A stretch of 64,000 nucleotides of DNA, taken from Diplonema japonicum. Taxonomy: Eukaryota > Protista > Euglenozoa: Diplonemea. The notes below the pieces were generated by a model. The model did not search any database. It was not told the DNA's origin and worked only from the letters and a program-made list of their open reading frames with translations. A program made the translations under genes and the position numbers. Of the stretch, positions 46,666 to 58,600 are shown in pieces; positions within the stretch are counted from its first letter, which is position 1, and every line of letters begins with the position of its first letter. The stretch lies in the NCBI GenBank assembly GCA_964019335.1, contig OZ025693.1, positions 124,001 through 188,000 of the forward strand. The letters run 5' to 3'.

Positions 46666-47784
46666 CTATGTTTTTTTAAGAGGCGTTACCTTGCTCAAGC
46701 GCATCGCCATGTCTTGCTGCTGTTGGAGCGTGAGGTGTTTCTTCGGCGGCAGCCTGCTGGTGATGTACTGCTCGTGCAGCCGTTCCTTCGTCGCCTTTGC
46801 CTTCCGCCCCCACGAGTAGAACAACCTATCATTGCAATGAAGGAGCTCTTCCGGCGTGAGAACAGTGGGAGTAGGCGGGTCAGGGACGTACGTTGACCGC
46901 AGCTTCTCAGAGACTTCAAGGGAGTGCTCCTTCTGTTTTGTATAAAGACGAAACGCGAGGTCCTGTTGCACAGCGGGGGTAAGAACCCCCCGCCCCCATT
47001 GTGTATCGCAGTTGTTGGTCCTCAACGCTTCCTTTTGCTTCAATTTTTTTATGCTCCGTTGGTGCATTTCACTATCGTGCAGTCTCCAAACACTGGCTTG
47101 CTGCGTGCTCACATCTAACTTCTGCAGCTTGTGGGTAGCCGGAGCGGTGCTAGGGCGTTTCAACGCCTTCCCAACACCAGTAGATAACACATCGATGGAA
47201 GGAGCCGGAGGATTGTCCATTGCCTTCAATTGTTCCGCTTTTTGAGGGTCGAAATTTTTTATACGGTCCTTCTTCATGGATGCTAAGTAAGATGGAAGAC
47301 GGTGGATAGGGAGCTTGTTGAGTTCTTTATGGTGTTTTGAAGGGGTTAATGAGGCAAGGCAGGATTTCAGAATGGAAATGTCGTCTTTCAAAGTTTCTAT
47401 TGTGTTAGCTAGGTCGTTGGTCACTTCGGTGAAACGGCGGCGGGTGGAACACGAGGCTGGTTGAGTGTTAAGACGTAGCGCCATGAGCAGTTTTGAAAAT
47501 TCTCGGACTGTTTGATCCTCGATTTTTTCGATGCTTTTTCCGTTCAAAGCTACGGTTTCTCTGCCGCCGGATCCCCATGACACCCTCAGACATTCTCCTG
47601 GAAGTAGTTGATCTCGCGAAACCGGCACCAACACTACGTTCTGTACCCCCCCCGAACAAGCACCTTCCGTTTCCCAAAACAGAACCTCTTCCTCATTCAC
47701 TGTTGGAAACGCTTCGTTTTCACTACTTTCTTGCTCTTCCTCTTCTGTTAAATCTTTTGGGTTTTCCCCGCCGATGACAAACAT
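46666..47784 (-). CDS. Protein of unknown function with C-terminal LTxxxQ..RLY repeats
   Basis: ORF from MFVIGG; repeated helical motifs. Confidence 0.65.
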   Translation of the reverse strand: MFVIGGENPKDLTEEEEQESSENEAFPTVNEEEVLFWETEGACSGGVQNVVLVPVSRDQLLPGECLRVSWGSGGRETVALNGKSIEKIEDQTVREFSKLLMALRLNTQPASCSTRRRFTEVTNDLANTIETLKDDISILKSCLASLTPSKHHKELNKLPIHRLPSYLASMKKDRIKNFDPQKAEQLKAMDNPPAPSIDVLSTGVGKALKRPSTAPATHKLQKLDVSTQQASVWRLHDSEMHQRSIKKLKQKEALRTNNCDTQWGRGVLTPAVQQDLAFRLYTKQKEHSLEVSEKLRSTYVPDPPTPTVLTPEELLHCNDRLFYSWGRKAKATKERLHEQYITSRLPPKKHLTLQQQQDMAMRLSKVTPLKKT

Positions 47785-48310
47785 TTGTTTGTTATTATTA
47801 TTTCCCCCCCCCCCCCGCCTTGAGATTTTCTTTTTGGAAAAATAAAAACGAAAACGGGGCAAAAAAAAATGTGGGAATATAAAAAAATTAAAAAAAAAAG
47901 AATAGGGCACAAGCTATTTCTTTTCTCTTTCTTTTTTTTTTCTTCTTTCTTTTTTTTGGGGGGAGTATATAAGGCGGAACATTTTGGGAGTATGAAGGGG
48001 GGGGAATGTTTTGAAAACAAAATAAACAAAAAAAGGAGGAAAATTAAAAGGAAAAGGGAGAGAGGAAGCAAAAGGAAAAATAAAAAAAAAGGAGGGGGGG
48101 AGACATGACTATATATTTTGCAGAACACAAAGGAACCGGGAAACAAAAAAAAAAAAGTAGTTTACTAATGATGGGAAAAGTCAACCGACCCACCACAACA
48201 AAAAACAGATATCTGAACGCGCGCAAAGTCAAAAATGAAACAAAAAAAAGTTTTGAAACACAGACAAGTTGGGGAAAAGGGGGGGTAAGCACTCGCGAAA
48301 AAAAAAAAAA

Positions 48311-49072
48311 CTCAAAGTACAGGACAAGCCCCCCGCTAGAGGGCCGCCCTATGGGAGGGGGGGGTCTATCTGTTAATACTCCCCTTCTGGAGCATTGCTT
48401 TCATCCCGATCGTGGCTGTGAGCGTCTTGCGAAGTCGAGTGATGCGTTCCCGCTTGTAGGCGGCCTTCAAATCCATCAACTTGTCGTGCGTGGACTGGGT
48501 AGCAAAAATGGGCCTCCTGGAGAAGCCTATAGCTGCCTTTCCTCCAATGGCAATGAGGGACTTCACCCTTTTCTGCTCATCCGCTGGGAAGGGGCGTCGC
48601 TTCTTCCGTGCCCTGCACGCTGCGTTTATCTTTACGATTAGGGCCTTGATTCTGCGTGCCCTATCTTCCAGCAGGCCTCCTTATGATTTACCGGTCGTCC
48701 ATTCGAAGTCAATGGCTAGCTCCACCGCCGACACCTCCGAGGTGGTGTCCTTCTCCACCCAGCGCAGCTGTGACAACCATTGTAGCAGCGGGTTCAGGTA
48801 CTGGGACAGGACCCCACCCACTCCTTCGAGCTCGCCTGCTATCGGAACGGGGCATCCTCACACCAAGCCCTTTGAGGTCCGTCACTGTCTTGTAAGGTAC
48901 AGCAACTACCGAGCCTTTCCTATTCGCCGTACGGTCTCCCACGACTCTCGACTTGTAACCCTCTACGGTGCCAAAGCCAACCGTCTTTTCCTCGTTGACC
49001 TTCATGCCAGTCAGGTCGCAGAACTCCAGAGCCCCTTCGACCGCTGCTTGTAGGGAGTCGCGTAGCTTCGCT
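48311..49072 (-). mobile_element. Internally deleted non-LTR retroelement with reverse-transcriptase fragment
   Basis: KLRDSLQAAVEGALEFCDLTGMKVNEEKT..LKGLGV (RT C-terminal/thumb motifs) fused to the same C-terminal region and 3' end as 24672-25393. Confidence 0.8.
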
Positions 49073-49212
49073 AACAGGTAAAAAAAAGAGGGAGGATAAA
49101 GAGGAGGGGATAGAAGCTAAAATAAATATAAAAAAAGAAAAAAAGAAAAAAAAAAAGATATTGGTTTTACACTCGTAAATATTGTCCATTCCTTTTTTTC
49201 TTTATTTCTCCC

Positions 49213-50634
49213 CTATGCCTTTGTCACATCGTTTTCCACAATGGCGACAGACCCAATACCACCAGCAGCACAGATCGATACCATAGAGTGCTTTTTCTTA
49301 GAACGACGAAGCTCGTTAACAGCAGCAGTAAGCACACGGCCACCGGTGGCAGCGAAGGGGTGACCAATTGCAATGGAACCACCATTGGGCTGTGAGTGTA
49401 TTTTTTTTTTTTTTTTTTTTTTTGAAATAATCCATACGTTGATGATTTCCTTGTCAATCGCGGGCAGTGCCGGACGCGACATGAAGGCCTGGCAGAACTC
49501 CTCACTCTCCAGTGCTTTAAGAGTCGACAGCACCTTTTTTTTTTTAAATTTTTTTTATAAACCACACACCTGAGCAGAGAACGCCTCATGGATCTCCCAC
49601 ACATCAATGTCCTTCACCGACAGCCCCGCCTTGTCCAGACACCTTGGGATTGCGATCGCAGGCGCCATCAGCAGCTGCGGGTAGGGGTCGATCGCTGAGA
49701 AGTCCCACGCCTTCAGCGAACAGTCGATGGGGTACCCAAGCTCCAGGGCCTTCTCTTCCGACATGACAAGCATGCAACTGCCACCGTCAGTAAGGGCAGA
49801 TGAGGTGGCAGGGGTCACGGTTCCGATCTTCTTACGGAAGGCGGGCTTGAGGTTGGGCAGCTTCTTCCTCATCCCTTCGAGGTCAGTCTGGATGAGGTTG
49901 TCCTCAGAGATCGTCTTCCCGTTTGACACGGTAGGTGTGATCTCCTGCGCGAGGTATCCGTTCTGCCTGGCACGTTCCGCCCTCTCGTGCGACCTCAGCG
50001 CGAAGGCCTCCTGCTCCTCTCGCCCAACCTGGTTGAGCTCTGCCATGAGATCGGCGTGGTATCCCATGGTCTTACCGGTGGACCTCTCCGCAACGGCAGG
50101 GGGGGTGGGCATCCACTTAGCAGGGTTCCACCCTGCCATTTTACCGAAGTTTTTGATCCTTCTCATGGGGGACCATTTCTTGGGGGCGTAGACGAAGGAC
50201 ATGGCGAGGGCGTGGCCGGTGTTCCTTGGGAGGGGAAGCTCTGCGCAGGATAGCGAGTCACTGCCGCCTGCGATGATGCAGTCGGCGTGGCCTGCCTCGA
50301 CCATCTGTGTGGCCTGCGCGATGGCGTTGAGCCCACTGCTGCATGCCATGGAGGTGCTGTGGGCCACGATGTGCTTGGGGAGGTTCAGATCGATGACGAT
50401 CTCCCTGGCAATGTTCGGCGCGCTCGTCTGCAGCACCACGTTCCCCCAGATCAAGTTGTCCACGTGCGACGGGTCCAACTTCGTCTTGTCCAGCAGACCC
50501 TCAACCGCAGCCACACCAAGGCCGATCGAGTCTGTTTTGTACATCTCGCCAAACGACTTCACAAACGGCGTTCGCGCACCTTGCACGAGCACAGCCCTCC
50601 TCAGGGACCTCTTGGGGTTCAACGCTTTATGCAT
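49213..50634 (-). CDS. 3-ketoacyl-CoA thiolase (trifunctional enzyme beta type), 2 introns
   Basis: RTPFVK, MACSSG catalytic Cys, HEAF, N|PNGGSIAIGHPFAATG, SICAAGG. Confidence 0.93.
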
Positions 50635-50807
50635 CGTAAGTCTCTCTTCGTTCTCTTTTTTTTTTTTTAATACAAACAAACCCCCCGTTCTTAAATGTGT
50701 ATAACCAAGGCGGAAGAAATCAACAAAAAAAAAAAACAAATTCTACACAATAATCTTTCTACAATAACGTCTAGGGGGGGGGGGGGGGGGGGGGAGGGAA
50801 ACCTTCA

Positions 50808-53537
50808 TCACAACCGCCTGTTTATGTACTCCAACTGGGGCGCAAATTGTGTCTGTTGCTCGGCGATGTCAGCGAACCTCCTGGAGAAATCCGTGGTGAG
50901 GTCGTCGAAATCCGTGGGGAGCCCTTGTCGGAGCTGCCTGATGTCGTGGGACGCCTCAGTGAAGTGAGGGATGAGCGTGTCCGTGACAGGCCCGAGAATA
51001 TTCGTAAACCGAATAAGCTCTTTCTCACGAAGCCTGGGTATCATGGACAGTTTGGGGTTTCGTGAGTCGAGGACATCTTGCAGGTTGTTCATCCTGTGAG
51101 TCAGGATGATGCAGAACCTTTCACCCATTTCTGTCGCGCTAGCTTCAGCGTTGTATTGCATCGCAAGCTCGAATAGTTTCAACGCCGCACGAGGCGGCAT
51201 GAAGTCCTCCGTCATCGTCAACCACTCCCCTTTGTTCATTTTGTACGACTTGGAGGGTTGTGCATCAAGTATTCCTATGAGCTCCACGTACCGCTCCTCA
51301 AGATTGACATCCAACCATTTATCCTCCCTGTTCGGGACAGGGTGGTGCACCTTCGCACAATTGTCAAACGCTATCTTTTTCCCACCAATTTTGATGGTCA
51401 ACATCAACACCCCTGCGATGACGACAGATTCATACACAATGCCTTCTTCCCAATCAGATCCTTCATCGAGCAAAACCAGCACAGGTTGCCCAATGTGAAG
51501 ATCACCCGGCTTCGCCGGACCAGCTGTTTTGACATCCTGGTGGGTGTTGTGCTTGTAAAGCTTTGACGTGAAGGGATTGAACAGTTTAGCGAGCCATGGT
51601 GGGTTCATTCTCCTGCTTGCAGTGATGAGTTCTTTCCATAAGACTTGCGGGCTCCACTTGTACTCGGAACGTGTCGATGCGAGAACAAGCATCAGATTGC
51701 TGATCACCAATGCTATCATTATGTTGATGAATATGATGAAACCTAGTACCATGGTCAGGTTGATGAAGAAGGCGGTGAAGGGTTGGTTGGTTTTTTCCAT
51801 TGCGGTGTATTGAACGCACGCTCCGCCGCGTTTGCAGGTCAGCTCCTGAGTGAAGATAAAACGGAGAAGCAATCGAAACGCCTCCCAGAACGATGAGAAC
51901 GGCTCGAAATCTGACGAATACACCAACACACCCGCCATGGCAAGGCCCACAACGAGGAACAGAAACATCGTAGTAATAATAATAAAGGAAGCTGCCATTG
52001 CGGCGATCGTGTTTGCGACTACGCCGAGCCGCTCGGTTTGTTGGATGAACGCGAGAAGCCGTAGCCATGTCAACAACACTGCGAACCCTTGTAAGGTCAT
52101 GGTGTCGTCGTAGAGGTTCACGAGGAACAGTAAATTGTGCAGCATGGCTTTGTTCTCAGCAAGCTCTGCGTCGTTTCCAAAATCTTTTGCCCGGTCTGCA
52201 ATGAACCCTCTTCCCACCGACGCGCCTTGGCTCCACAACGAAAACCGAAAATACATCGTCAGAATCCACAACACGATGAACGCTACATCCACCGCCCTCC
52301 AAAAACTAAACACCATCAACACATTCTTCGCAACTTTCATATGAAACCGCAGGTCCTTCACAAACACGATAACGAACCACAGGATGTACCCCGCTGCGAA
52401 GATGTCAGTCAGAAACACAAACCGATCTTTATCGGTGTCCCATGTCACGCCCCGGAAAAGCCTCTCCTCGTGGGTTTGGAAAAGCGATCCTGACTGCATC
52501 ACTTCCGATAAGAAAAAGCTTTCGAAAAACTGCCCCCTGCTGGGGAGGTACCCAAACAGGCCCACGGACACGGCGCTCGTTGCCTCATCAACGAAAAGGT
52601 TAGCACGCAGCGCGGCGATGGAAGCGTTGATACTTTGCTTTGAATCGTGGAATGGAAGCAAGACCGAGTAAGCATAGCCTTTATCATACTTCGCCAATTC
52701 ACCATTGAGGCTCGATCCTGAAACAAGTGAGTACTCGAAATTCGTATCGGGTCTGAACGGAAGCCCGCCAAATGGCTGTGTGTCTGATGAAGTTGTCGAC
52801 CAGCTTTTATGACACGTGTGATTAGACACTAAACTCAATGCATGAGCTGATAAACCGGGTACTGGGTCGCATTCCAGATCGCTCACTCTCCATTGGCGTA
52901 TGTACAAGAACCCCAATGGTACGCCTGGGCCTATTACTTGAGCGCGGTGCACGTTTGCTGGAATAAGAGCGTCTAGAGCCGTGCTGCTTTCTCCAAACCA
53001 CTTCCACCAGTCTTCCCATTGTTTTAACGCTTTGAACTCTTCTGTTTTCATCCGTACCGAGACAGCCTCGACTGTGTAGTATGAGTTTTCCTGATCGTCC
53101 AGAATGTGTTCGACCGTCGCGACCATCATGAGGATTAAGAAGACGAGGTAGCAGGGGATCTTTCGGTAGCTCCTTGTTTTTTGGATGTCTGCGAAAACCG
53201 TTTTCCGCAACACCCTCACGGAGACAACGCTGGGGAGCAGCGTTTTTGAATCGTCCAGGCGTTTATATTTTGCGCGTTCCCTCTCCAGTTTTTCTCGCAG
53301 GTCTCTCAAGGACTTGTCAGCTTCCTCCTTCACCTCTAGCTCCGACCTCATGTACTTGGCACGCCTTGCCTCCATTTCGGCTGTTTTGAAGCGGCTGCTG
53401 TACCCTGCTTTTATCCGTTCATCCTTGTCCTTGTGGTCCAATGTCGGCCGCCATTTGCTAACAAGTACAGAAGGTCGAGGGGGCGTTTCGGCTTCACTGT
53501 CGTTGTCATCGTTGTCGCCATCCGTCTGGTCTCCCAT
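50808..53537 (-). CDS. Polycystin-2 (TRPP)-like cation channel
   Basis: LGFLYIRQWRV, six TMs, WLRLLAFI, FINIMIALVI. Confidence 0.85.
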   Translation of the reverse strand: MGDQTDGDNDDNDSEAETPPRPSVLVSKWRPTLDHKDKDERIKAGYSSRFKTAEMEARRAKYMRSELEVKEEADKSLRDLREKLERERAKYKRLDDSKTLLPSVVSVRVLRKTVFADIQKTRSYRKIPCYLVFLILMMVATVEHILDDQENSYYTVEAVSVRMKTEEFKALKQWEDWWKWFGESSTALDALIPANVHRAQVIGPGVPLGFLYIRQWRVSDLECDPVPGLSAHALSLVSNHTCHKSWSTTSSDTQPFGGLPFRPDTNFEYSLVSGSSLNGELAKYDKGYAYSVLLPFHDSKQSINASIAALRANLFVDEATSAVSVGLFGYLPSRGQFFESFFLSEVMQSGSLFQTHEERLFRGVTWDTDKDRFVFLTDIFAAGYILWFVIVFVKDLRFHMKVAKNVLMVFSFWRAVDVAFIVLWILTMYFRFSLWSQGASVGRGFIADRAKDFGNDAELAENKAMLHNLLFLVNLYDDTMTLQGFAVLLTWLRLLAFIQQTERLGVVANTIAAMAASFIIITTMFLFLVVGLAMAGVLVYSSDFEPFSSFWEAFRLLLRFIFTQELTCKRGGACVQYTAMEKTNQPFTAFFINLTMVLGFIIFINIMIALVISNLMLVLASTRSEYKWSPQVLWKELITASRRMNPPWLAKLFNPFTSKLYKHNTHQDVKTAGPAKPGDLHIGQPVLVLLDEGSDWEEGIVYESVVIAGVLMLTIKIGGKKIAFDNCAKVHHPVPNREDKWLDVNLEERYVELIGILDAQPSKSYKMNKGEWLTMTEDFMPPRAALKLFELAMQYNAEASATEMGERFCIILTHRMNNLQDVLDSRNPKLSMIPRLREKELIRFTNILGPVTDTLIPHFTEASHDIRQLRQGLPTDFDDLTTDFSRRFADIAEQQTQFAPQLEYINRRL

Positions 53538-53611
53538 TTACTTTCTCTGTTTCCCCCCTTTAAAAATGTGAAAGGAAGAACAGGGGGGGGGGGGGGGAAC
53601 TCCCATTTTTT

Positions 53612-54904
53612 TCATCTAGCATCGAGTTTCAACATGATAATGGAGAACTCATCGAAGGTGATCTTGTCGTCACCCAGCATGTTGTACTTGTTGAGTATGG
53701 AGTCGAGCTGCTTGTCGCTGTGTTCGACACCGAAGTGTTCCATGTCCTTGTACACTGCTTTGAACTCTTCACGGGACAAGGCACCCGAGCTGTCCACGTC
53801 GTACTTATCCCACTGGGACCTTATGTAGCCGTCGTTTGCGAAAACGTCGATTTTGTTTTGCGTCACGCTGCTGGGTTCGACGGGGTTCTGTTTTTGTTTC
53901 CGGGAGTACGCGAAGGGGCTCATCCCTGTGGGCGCCTTCGCTTTAGAAGCCTTTGCGGAGTTGATATCCGGCAACCCAGCGGTGTCCTGCTCTTCCTTTT
54001 CGGGGCTGGCGGCGGCATCTTCATCAGCAGCGGTGCTCGGCTGGTGTTGTTCGGGTGTTGGTGTTACGGCTTGTTTCTTACCTTTCCGTGTGGTGTGCTG
54101 TTGGTTTTGTTTCTGTTTTTTCTTGTGGGGCGGGGTTGCCTGCCGTGGGATCTTACCCAAAGATGATGTTGTGTGTTTTTCGTCCGGCCCGCTGTTCTTA
54201 CACTGGTCTGAAGTGATGGTGTTGGCTGCAGTGGTGTCGTTCTTATTGCTGAAGTTGTTAGTGGTGCTCTTTCCCCCACCACCGTGGTACCCACTCTGCG
54301 CGCCGGTTGACTGCTTCTTCCCAGACGACAACGCAGCTGACGAAGAGGACGAAAAGGATGTGTTTTTCGTTGTAATGCTTGATCCGATGGGGTTGGAATC
54401 ATCATTTGTACTCTGCATTAATATTGCGCAATGGTCAGAAATGTCCCTTAGAGACATTGAAGAAGGAAACTGTGCCAGGAGTAATTCCATGTCCGGTGGT
54501 GGTGTGTAGGCCGATGACAGGGAGGCTTCTGAGGCGACGAGTGCTGTGTTGAAAAGAATCGTTTGGGTTTCCTTGCAAATTGGTTTTCTGACGAGCCTTG
54601 AGGGGTAGCTTGATGTCGCGGCCATTTTTATCTCCCTTTCAAAGGCAGCCTGCTGCGAGGCTTTCTCCGCGGCCGTCGCTTTTCCCTTCAATACGTTCAG
54701 TTCGGTTTGAAGCTCCTCGCATTTCTTCTGCGCCTCTGCCACCTTCATTTTGCATTGTATTTTCGTCGATTCCTCTCGTTTCAACACCTCCACGATAAGC
54801 TCCTCCTTCATCTCAACCAGCATCTTCCATTTTTCGTCGCGCTCGCCAAATCCCTCCGACAGCTCTGCTTCTAGGCTGTGCTCGATTTCTTTCTTGTGAC
54901 GCAT
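53612..54904 (-). CDS. Coiled-coil protein with C-terminal EF-hand pair
   Basis: DVDSSGALSREEF and DDKITFDEF. Confidence 0.75.
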   Translation of the reverse strand: MRHKKEIEHSLEAELSEGFGERDEKWKMLVEMKEELIVEVLKREESTKIQCKMKVAEAQKKCEELQTELNVLKGKATAAEKASQQAAFEREIKMAATSSYPSRLVRKPICKETQTILFNTALVASEASLSSAYTPPPDMELLLAQFPSSMSLRDISDHCAILMQSTNDDSNPIGSSITTKNTSFSSSSSAALSSGKKQSTGAQSGYHGGGGKSTTNNFSNKNDTTAANTITSDQCKNSGPDEKHTTSSLGKIPRQATPPHKKKQKQNQQHTTRKGKKQAVTPTPEQHQPSTAADEDAAASPEKEEQDTAGLPDINSAKASKAKAPTGMSPFAYSRKQKQNPVEPSSVTQNKIDVFANDGYIRSQWDKYDVDSSGALSREEFKAVYKDMEHFGVEHSDKQLDSILNKYNMLGDDKITFDEFSIIMLKLDAR

Positions 54905-55100
54905 TCGCCTTTCCTTCTTTTTTTTTCCTTCCTCCCCCCCCTACATCTGTGCTGTGTTCAAGAAAATAGATATGAAAATCGAGAAGGCTCATTGACAAAA
55001 AACACTATGCTTTTTTTTTTTTTTTTCCAACTAAAAAGAAAAAGAAGAAAAAAAAAAGGGAAAAAAAAAGAAAAAAAAACGGAGGGAAAAAAAAGACCGC

Positions 55101-55523
55101 TTAGACAATGCAAGAAGCGTTGGCGGAGATACGGGGCCACAGGTCAGCGCACTCCTTGGCAACGGGGCCAGAGATACCTGAACCCTTCATCTCACCCTTG
55201 GGGTTCACGATGACACCCGCGTTGTCCTCGAAGTAGATGAAGATGCCATCCTTTCTCCTCCAGTGCTTCCTCTGCCTGATCACGACGGCCTGGAGAACCT
55301 TCTTCCTGAGCTCAGGCTTACCGCGCTTGACGGTGGCCGCGACGAGGTCGCCAGCGCTGGCGGCAGGCAGCCTGTTCAGCCTACCCTGGATGCCCTTCAC
55401 GGAGATGATGTACAGGTTCTTGGCGCCGGTGTTGTCAGCACAGTTCATCACGGCCGCCACGGGCAGGGCCAGCGAGATCCTGAACTTGTTACCCCTACCA
55501 GCGTTACCAGCTCTCTTGGACAT
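55101..55523 (-). CDS. RPL23: 60S ribosomal protein L23 (uL14)
   Basis: [34 protein letters not shown]. Confidence 0.98.
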   Translation of the reverse strand: MSKRAGNAGRGNKFRISLALPVAAVMNCADNTGAKNLYIISVKGIQGRLNRLPAASAGDLVAATVKRGKPELRKKVLQAVVIRQRKHWRRKDGIFIYFEDNAGVIVNPKGEMKGSGISGPVAKECADLWPRISANASCIV

Positions 55524-55665
55524 TTCTTTTTTTTTTGTTACCTTTTAATTCCTGTGTGGGGGGAAAAAAAAAGTTCTTTAAAAGAAAGGCGGCAAACAAC
55601 AACAAACAAACAAACAAAAAAAAGAAATGAATAACTTGTTTAATGCGCATTGCTGAAAAGCAACA

Positions 55666-58600
55666 CTAAAAGGCAGACACGGGTGTATAACCCAGGTGGT
55701 CCAGCCGCTTGGATTGTATCTGAAGGACCTTGGCGTTGCGCCGCGCTGCCAGCTCCTGTGCCAGTGAGATAGCAGTGAGGGAGTCGACGTCGGTGTTGTC
55801 GGTGATGTCGATGCCAACAACGGATGTGTTGTTCTTGAGGGCATGAAGGAGGGTCTCACCGCATTCATGGGAAAGTCCGCACCTATTCAACCTTATCGAG
55901 ACAAGCCTGCATGATGGCATACGTATGAGCTCTGCCAGCAGCCCGCACGCTTCCACACCCAACCTGTTGCCCCCAAGCTTCAACACTGTTACGTTTCTGT
56001 TTTTCGGCAATGCCAGCAAGTAGGGCATCATGTCCTTCTCTGCCCACGCCAGTCCTTCCATGTCTAGTGTGGCTGTCGGTGCTGTGTTCCTCAACAGCTG
56101 CCTCACGGTGACATTCGGCTCCGTTTTCGGCGGCGCCACCATCGTGATGCTCTTCTTCTGGTCCCACACGTCGTTCGTCACAAGAGGCGGTTTGCTGACT
56201 ATGGTGTTGTCCTCTTCTTCCTCCTCTTCATCTATATCATTTCGATGTGCCGACGGGAGTGGGAGCGTCGCTGAAAACCTCGGCTGTGCAACAGGGGTCG
56301 CTTGCTTATCAGCAGTCGGGTTTACGATCTTCGGGAGTAGCGGTGGGTATGTGTTCTTTAGTATAAAATCCTGCGAAGCTGGCGAAACCGCACCGTGTTG
56401 GCTGATATACGAATGGCAGCTCAGGGTGGTTGTCTTGAACGTTTCAGAGGCAAGGCGCGGGCTCACGCAAGGTTGTATCTCGTAGTTGCTGACCTGCGTT
56501 TGTCGCTGTGGTGCTGTGTTCTTAAGAACCGTGCTGCGCGACACGTATTGCCTGTCGGATAGGATAGTTCTCTTGAAGTCCCTTGGTCTTCGGCGCAGCT
56601 CCTGCGTCACAATGTCCCTTCTTTCACGCCTTTCATGCCTCTCCGCGTCCAGCCTCCCGCTCCCCTCCCGCCTCACCAAGCTCCCCATCGCGTTGTCCAC
56701 ATACATCTTCATTTCACCCTCTCTCCTCTCATCCATGGTCACTATCTGTACCCTTACAGTGTGCTTTTTGACGTCCGATGACATTTCCAGCTTGATCAAC
56801 ACCTTTCGTGTGATGCCTTCCTCCACCTGCAAGGCCTCTCTTAGACCTTCCTCGAGTATCTGCAACGGTGGCTTCACAGGCGTCGTTTCACGCGAGTAGA
56901 CAGAGGTGATGGACTGTGTGTCTGTGTAAGGGACACCCCACGATAGCCGCTCTCTCCTCTCTTCAAGGTCTATCTCTAGACACCTTTTGACCCCTTCTTT
57001 AATCAATTTCCTGAAGGACAGGATGCCAGACAGTAGGTCGCAAGCTATTTTAGTGAGAACCACACGGTCGGCCTGCTCGACTCGGACTACGGTATCACGG
57101 CAGTGCTGCATCTCGTTCGTGAGCTCAGGAGGCACTGCTATTGAGGGCATGAGTGGGGGTGTGCGCAAGGGTTCGGTCGCGTCACCAAGGGCGTCTTGTT
57201 TGTCTTTTTCAGCCAGGCGGTCAAGCATCATCTGGCGATACATCTTAAGGAAGCAGCTCCTTTCGACTGCTTCAATGTCGCCGCGTGTCGTCTCTTCCAC
57301 TTCCGAGGTCAGCCTCCGCTCGACAGGCTCTAATTGGCAGAGATACGCAAGCTGGACAGGAATGATGGAAAGCCTTTCCGAAGCGATCCTCATGCGCATC
57401 TTGCTGCGAAAGTCCTTCAACTCCATCTCTATGACGCTGCGCTTGTGTGCCTCGCCATAGTACACGCCCGCCACCCATGAACCACCCTCCTCGGCCTCCA
57501 TCAGAATGATTTCCCGCATTCTCAGTTTGTTCTGCAGCCCGGACTTTTCGATCTTCCAAAGGTGGTCTTCGACGAGTTCCTGCATGTCGCGTTTCAGACA
57601 CCGTTTCTTCAGAAGGCACCTCGCCCTCCATCTACGGAAGCAGCACTGTATTTTGAGAGCGGTGTGGTTCCTTGCGACGCGTGCAAGGTGCCCTGCCACC
57701 AGGGCGTTGTCGAGGGACTCGAGGTACTCTTCGCTGATGATCTCTTGTCGTGTGCGAAGCTGCTCTGCGTCCCAAATCATAACCAGTGCATCCATGGGCA
57801 CGACGTGGCTCCACTCTGCTTCGATCCTGCGTCGCAAGCTGGTCTCGACCAGTTCTATTGTCTTCACCCCCGCTTCTTTGCTGATGTCGTGTCGTTTAGC
57901 TGATTCTTCTGTAAAGGTGCTGGTCGTCATGTCCTCGATCTCGCTGTTCCACATGTCTGCGAAGACTTCTCTGCTGTACTCTTCTATCTCTAGAAGCTCC
58001 ACCCTCTTCCCTGCTTCGTCCTGCTCCGCTTCCCTTCCGTGTCTCCCTTCCCAGTATGGGATCGCTTCCAGTAGACGCATTGTCTCGGCCCTGCCGTACA
58101 TGCCCCGCCCCAGCCTCTGCAAGTTGTACATTGCGTGCTCACGCTGCTCCCTCACCCGCTCCTTCTCCCAACGCTCGTCCCGTGCTTCTTTCAGGGCTGC
58201 GACCTTGCTTCTTGCGAGCATGCCTCTGGTACGGCGCTGCAGGAGGGTTGCTTGGTACTCGCGGATGAAGCGGAGTTCTATCTTTTCCGTTGAAGCGAAG
58301 CGGCGGCGTAGGCACTTTCGTGCTAGCATGATTTGGCAGTTGCGCTGTATTACACAAGCTGAATAGTTCTCGGCCTCCCGTGACTCCTCTTTGTCCCGCA
58401 GCCCGCGCAGACGGTCCCGCTGGTTCATTGCAGCGTTCCGTTTCACGGCGCTCTGGACAACCTGGGCGGCCCGCTTCTCGTTTTTTTGATATGCAAAATG
58501 TTCGCTGTCCTCGGACTCTTTGGTTATTCTGTTGTTAAGGGTTCTGATGGCTTGAACGTGCGACCTTGCGAGCCATCTCCTGGCGATGGCTTGGATCTTC

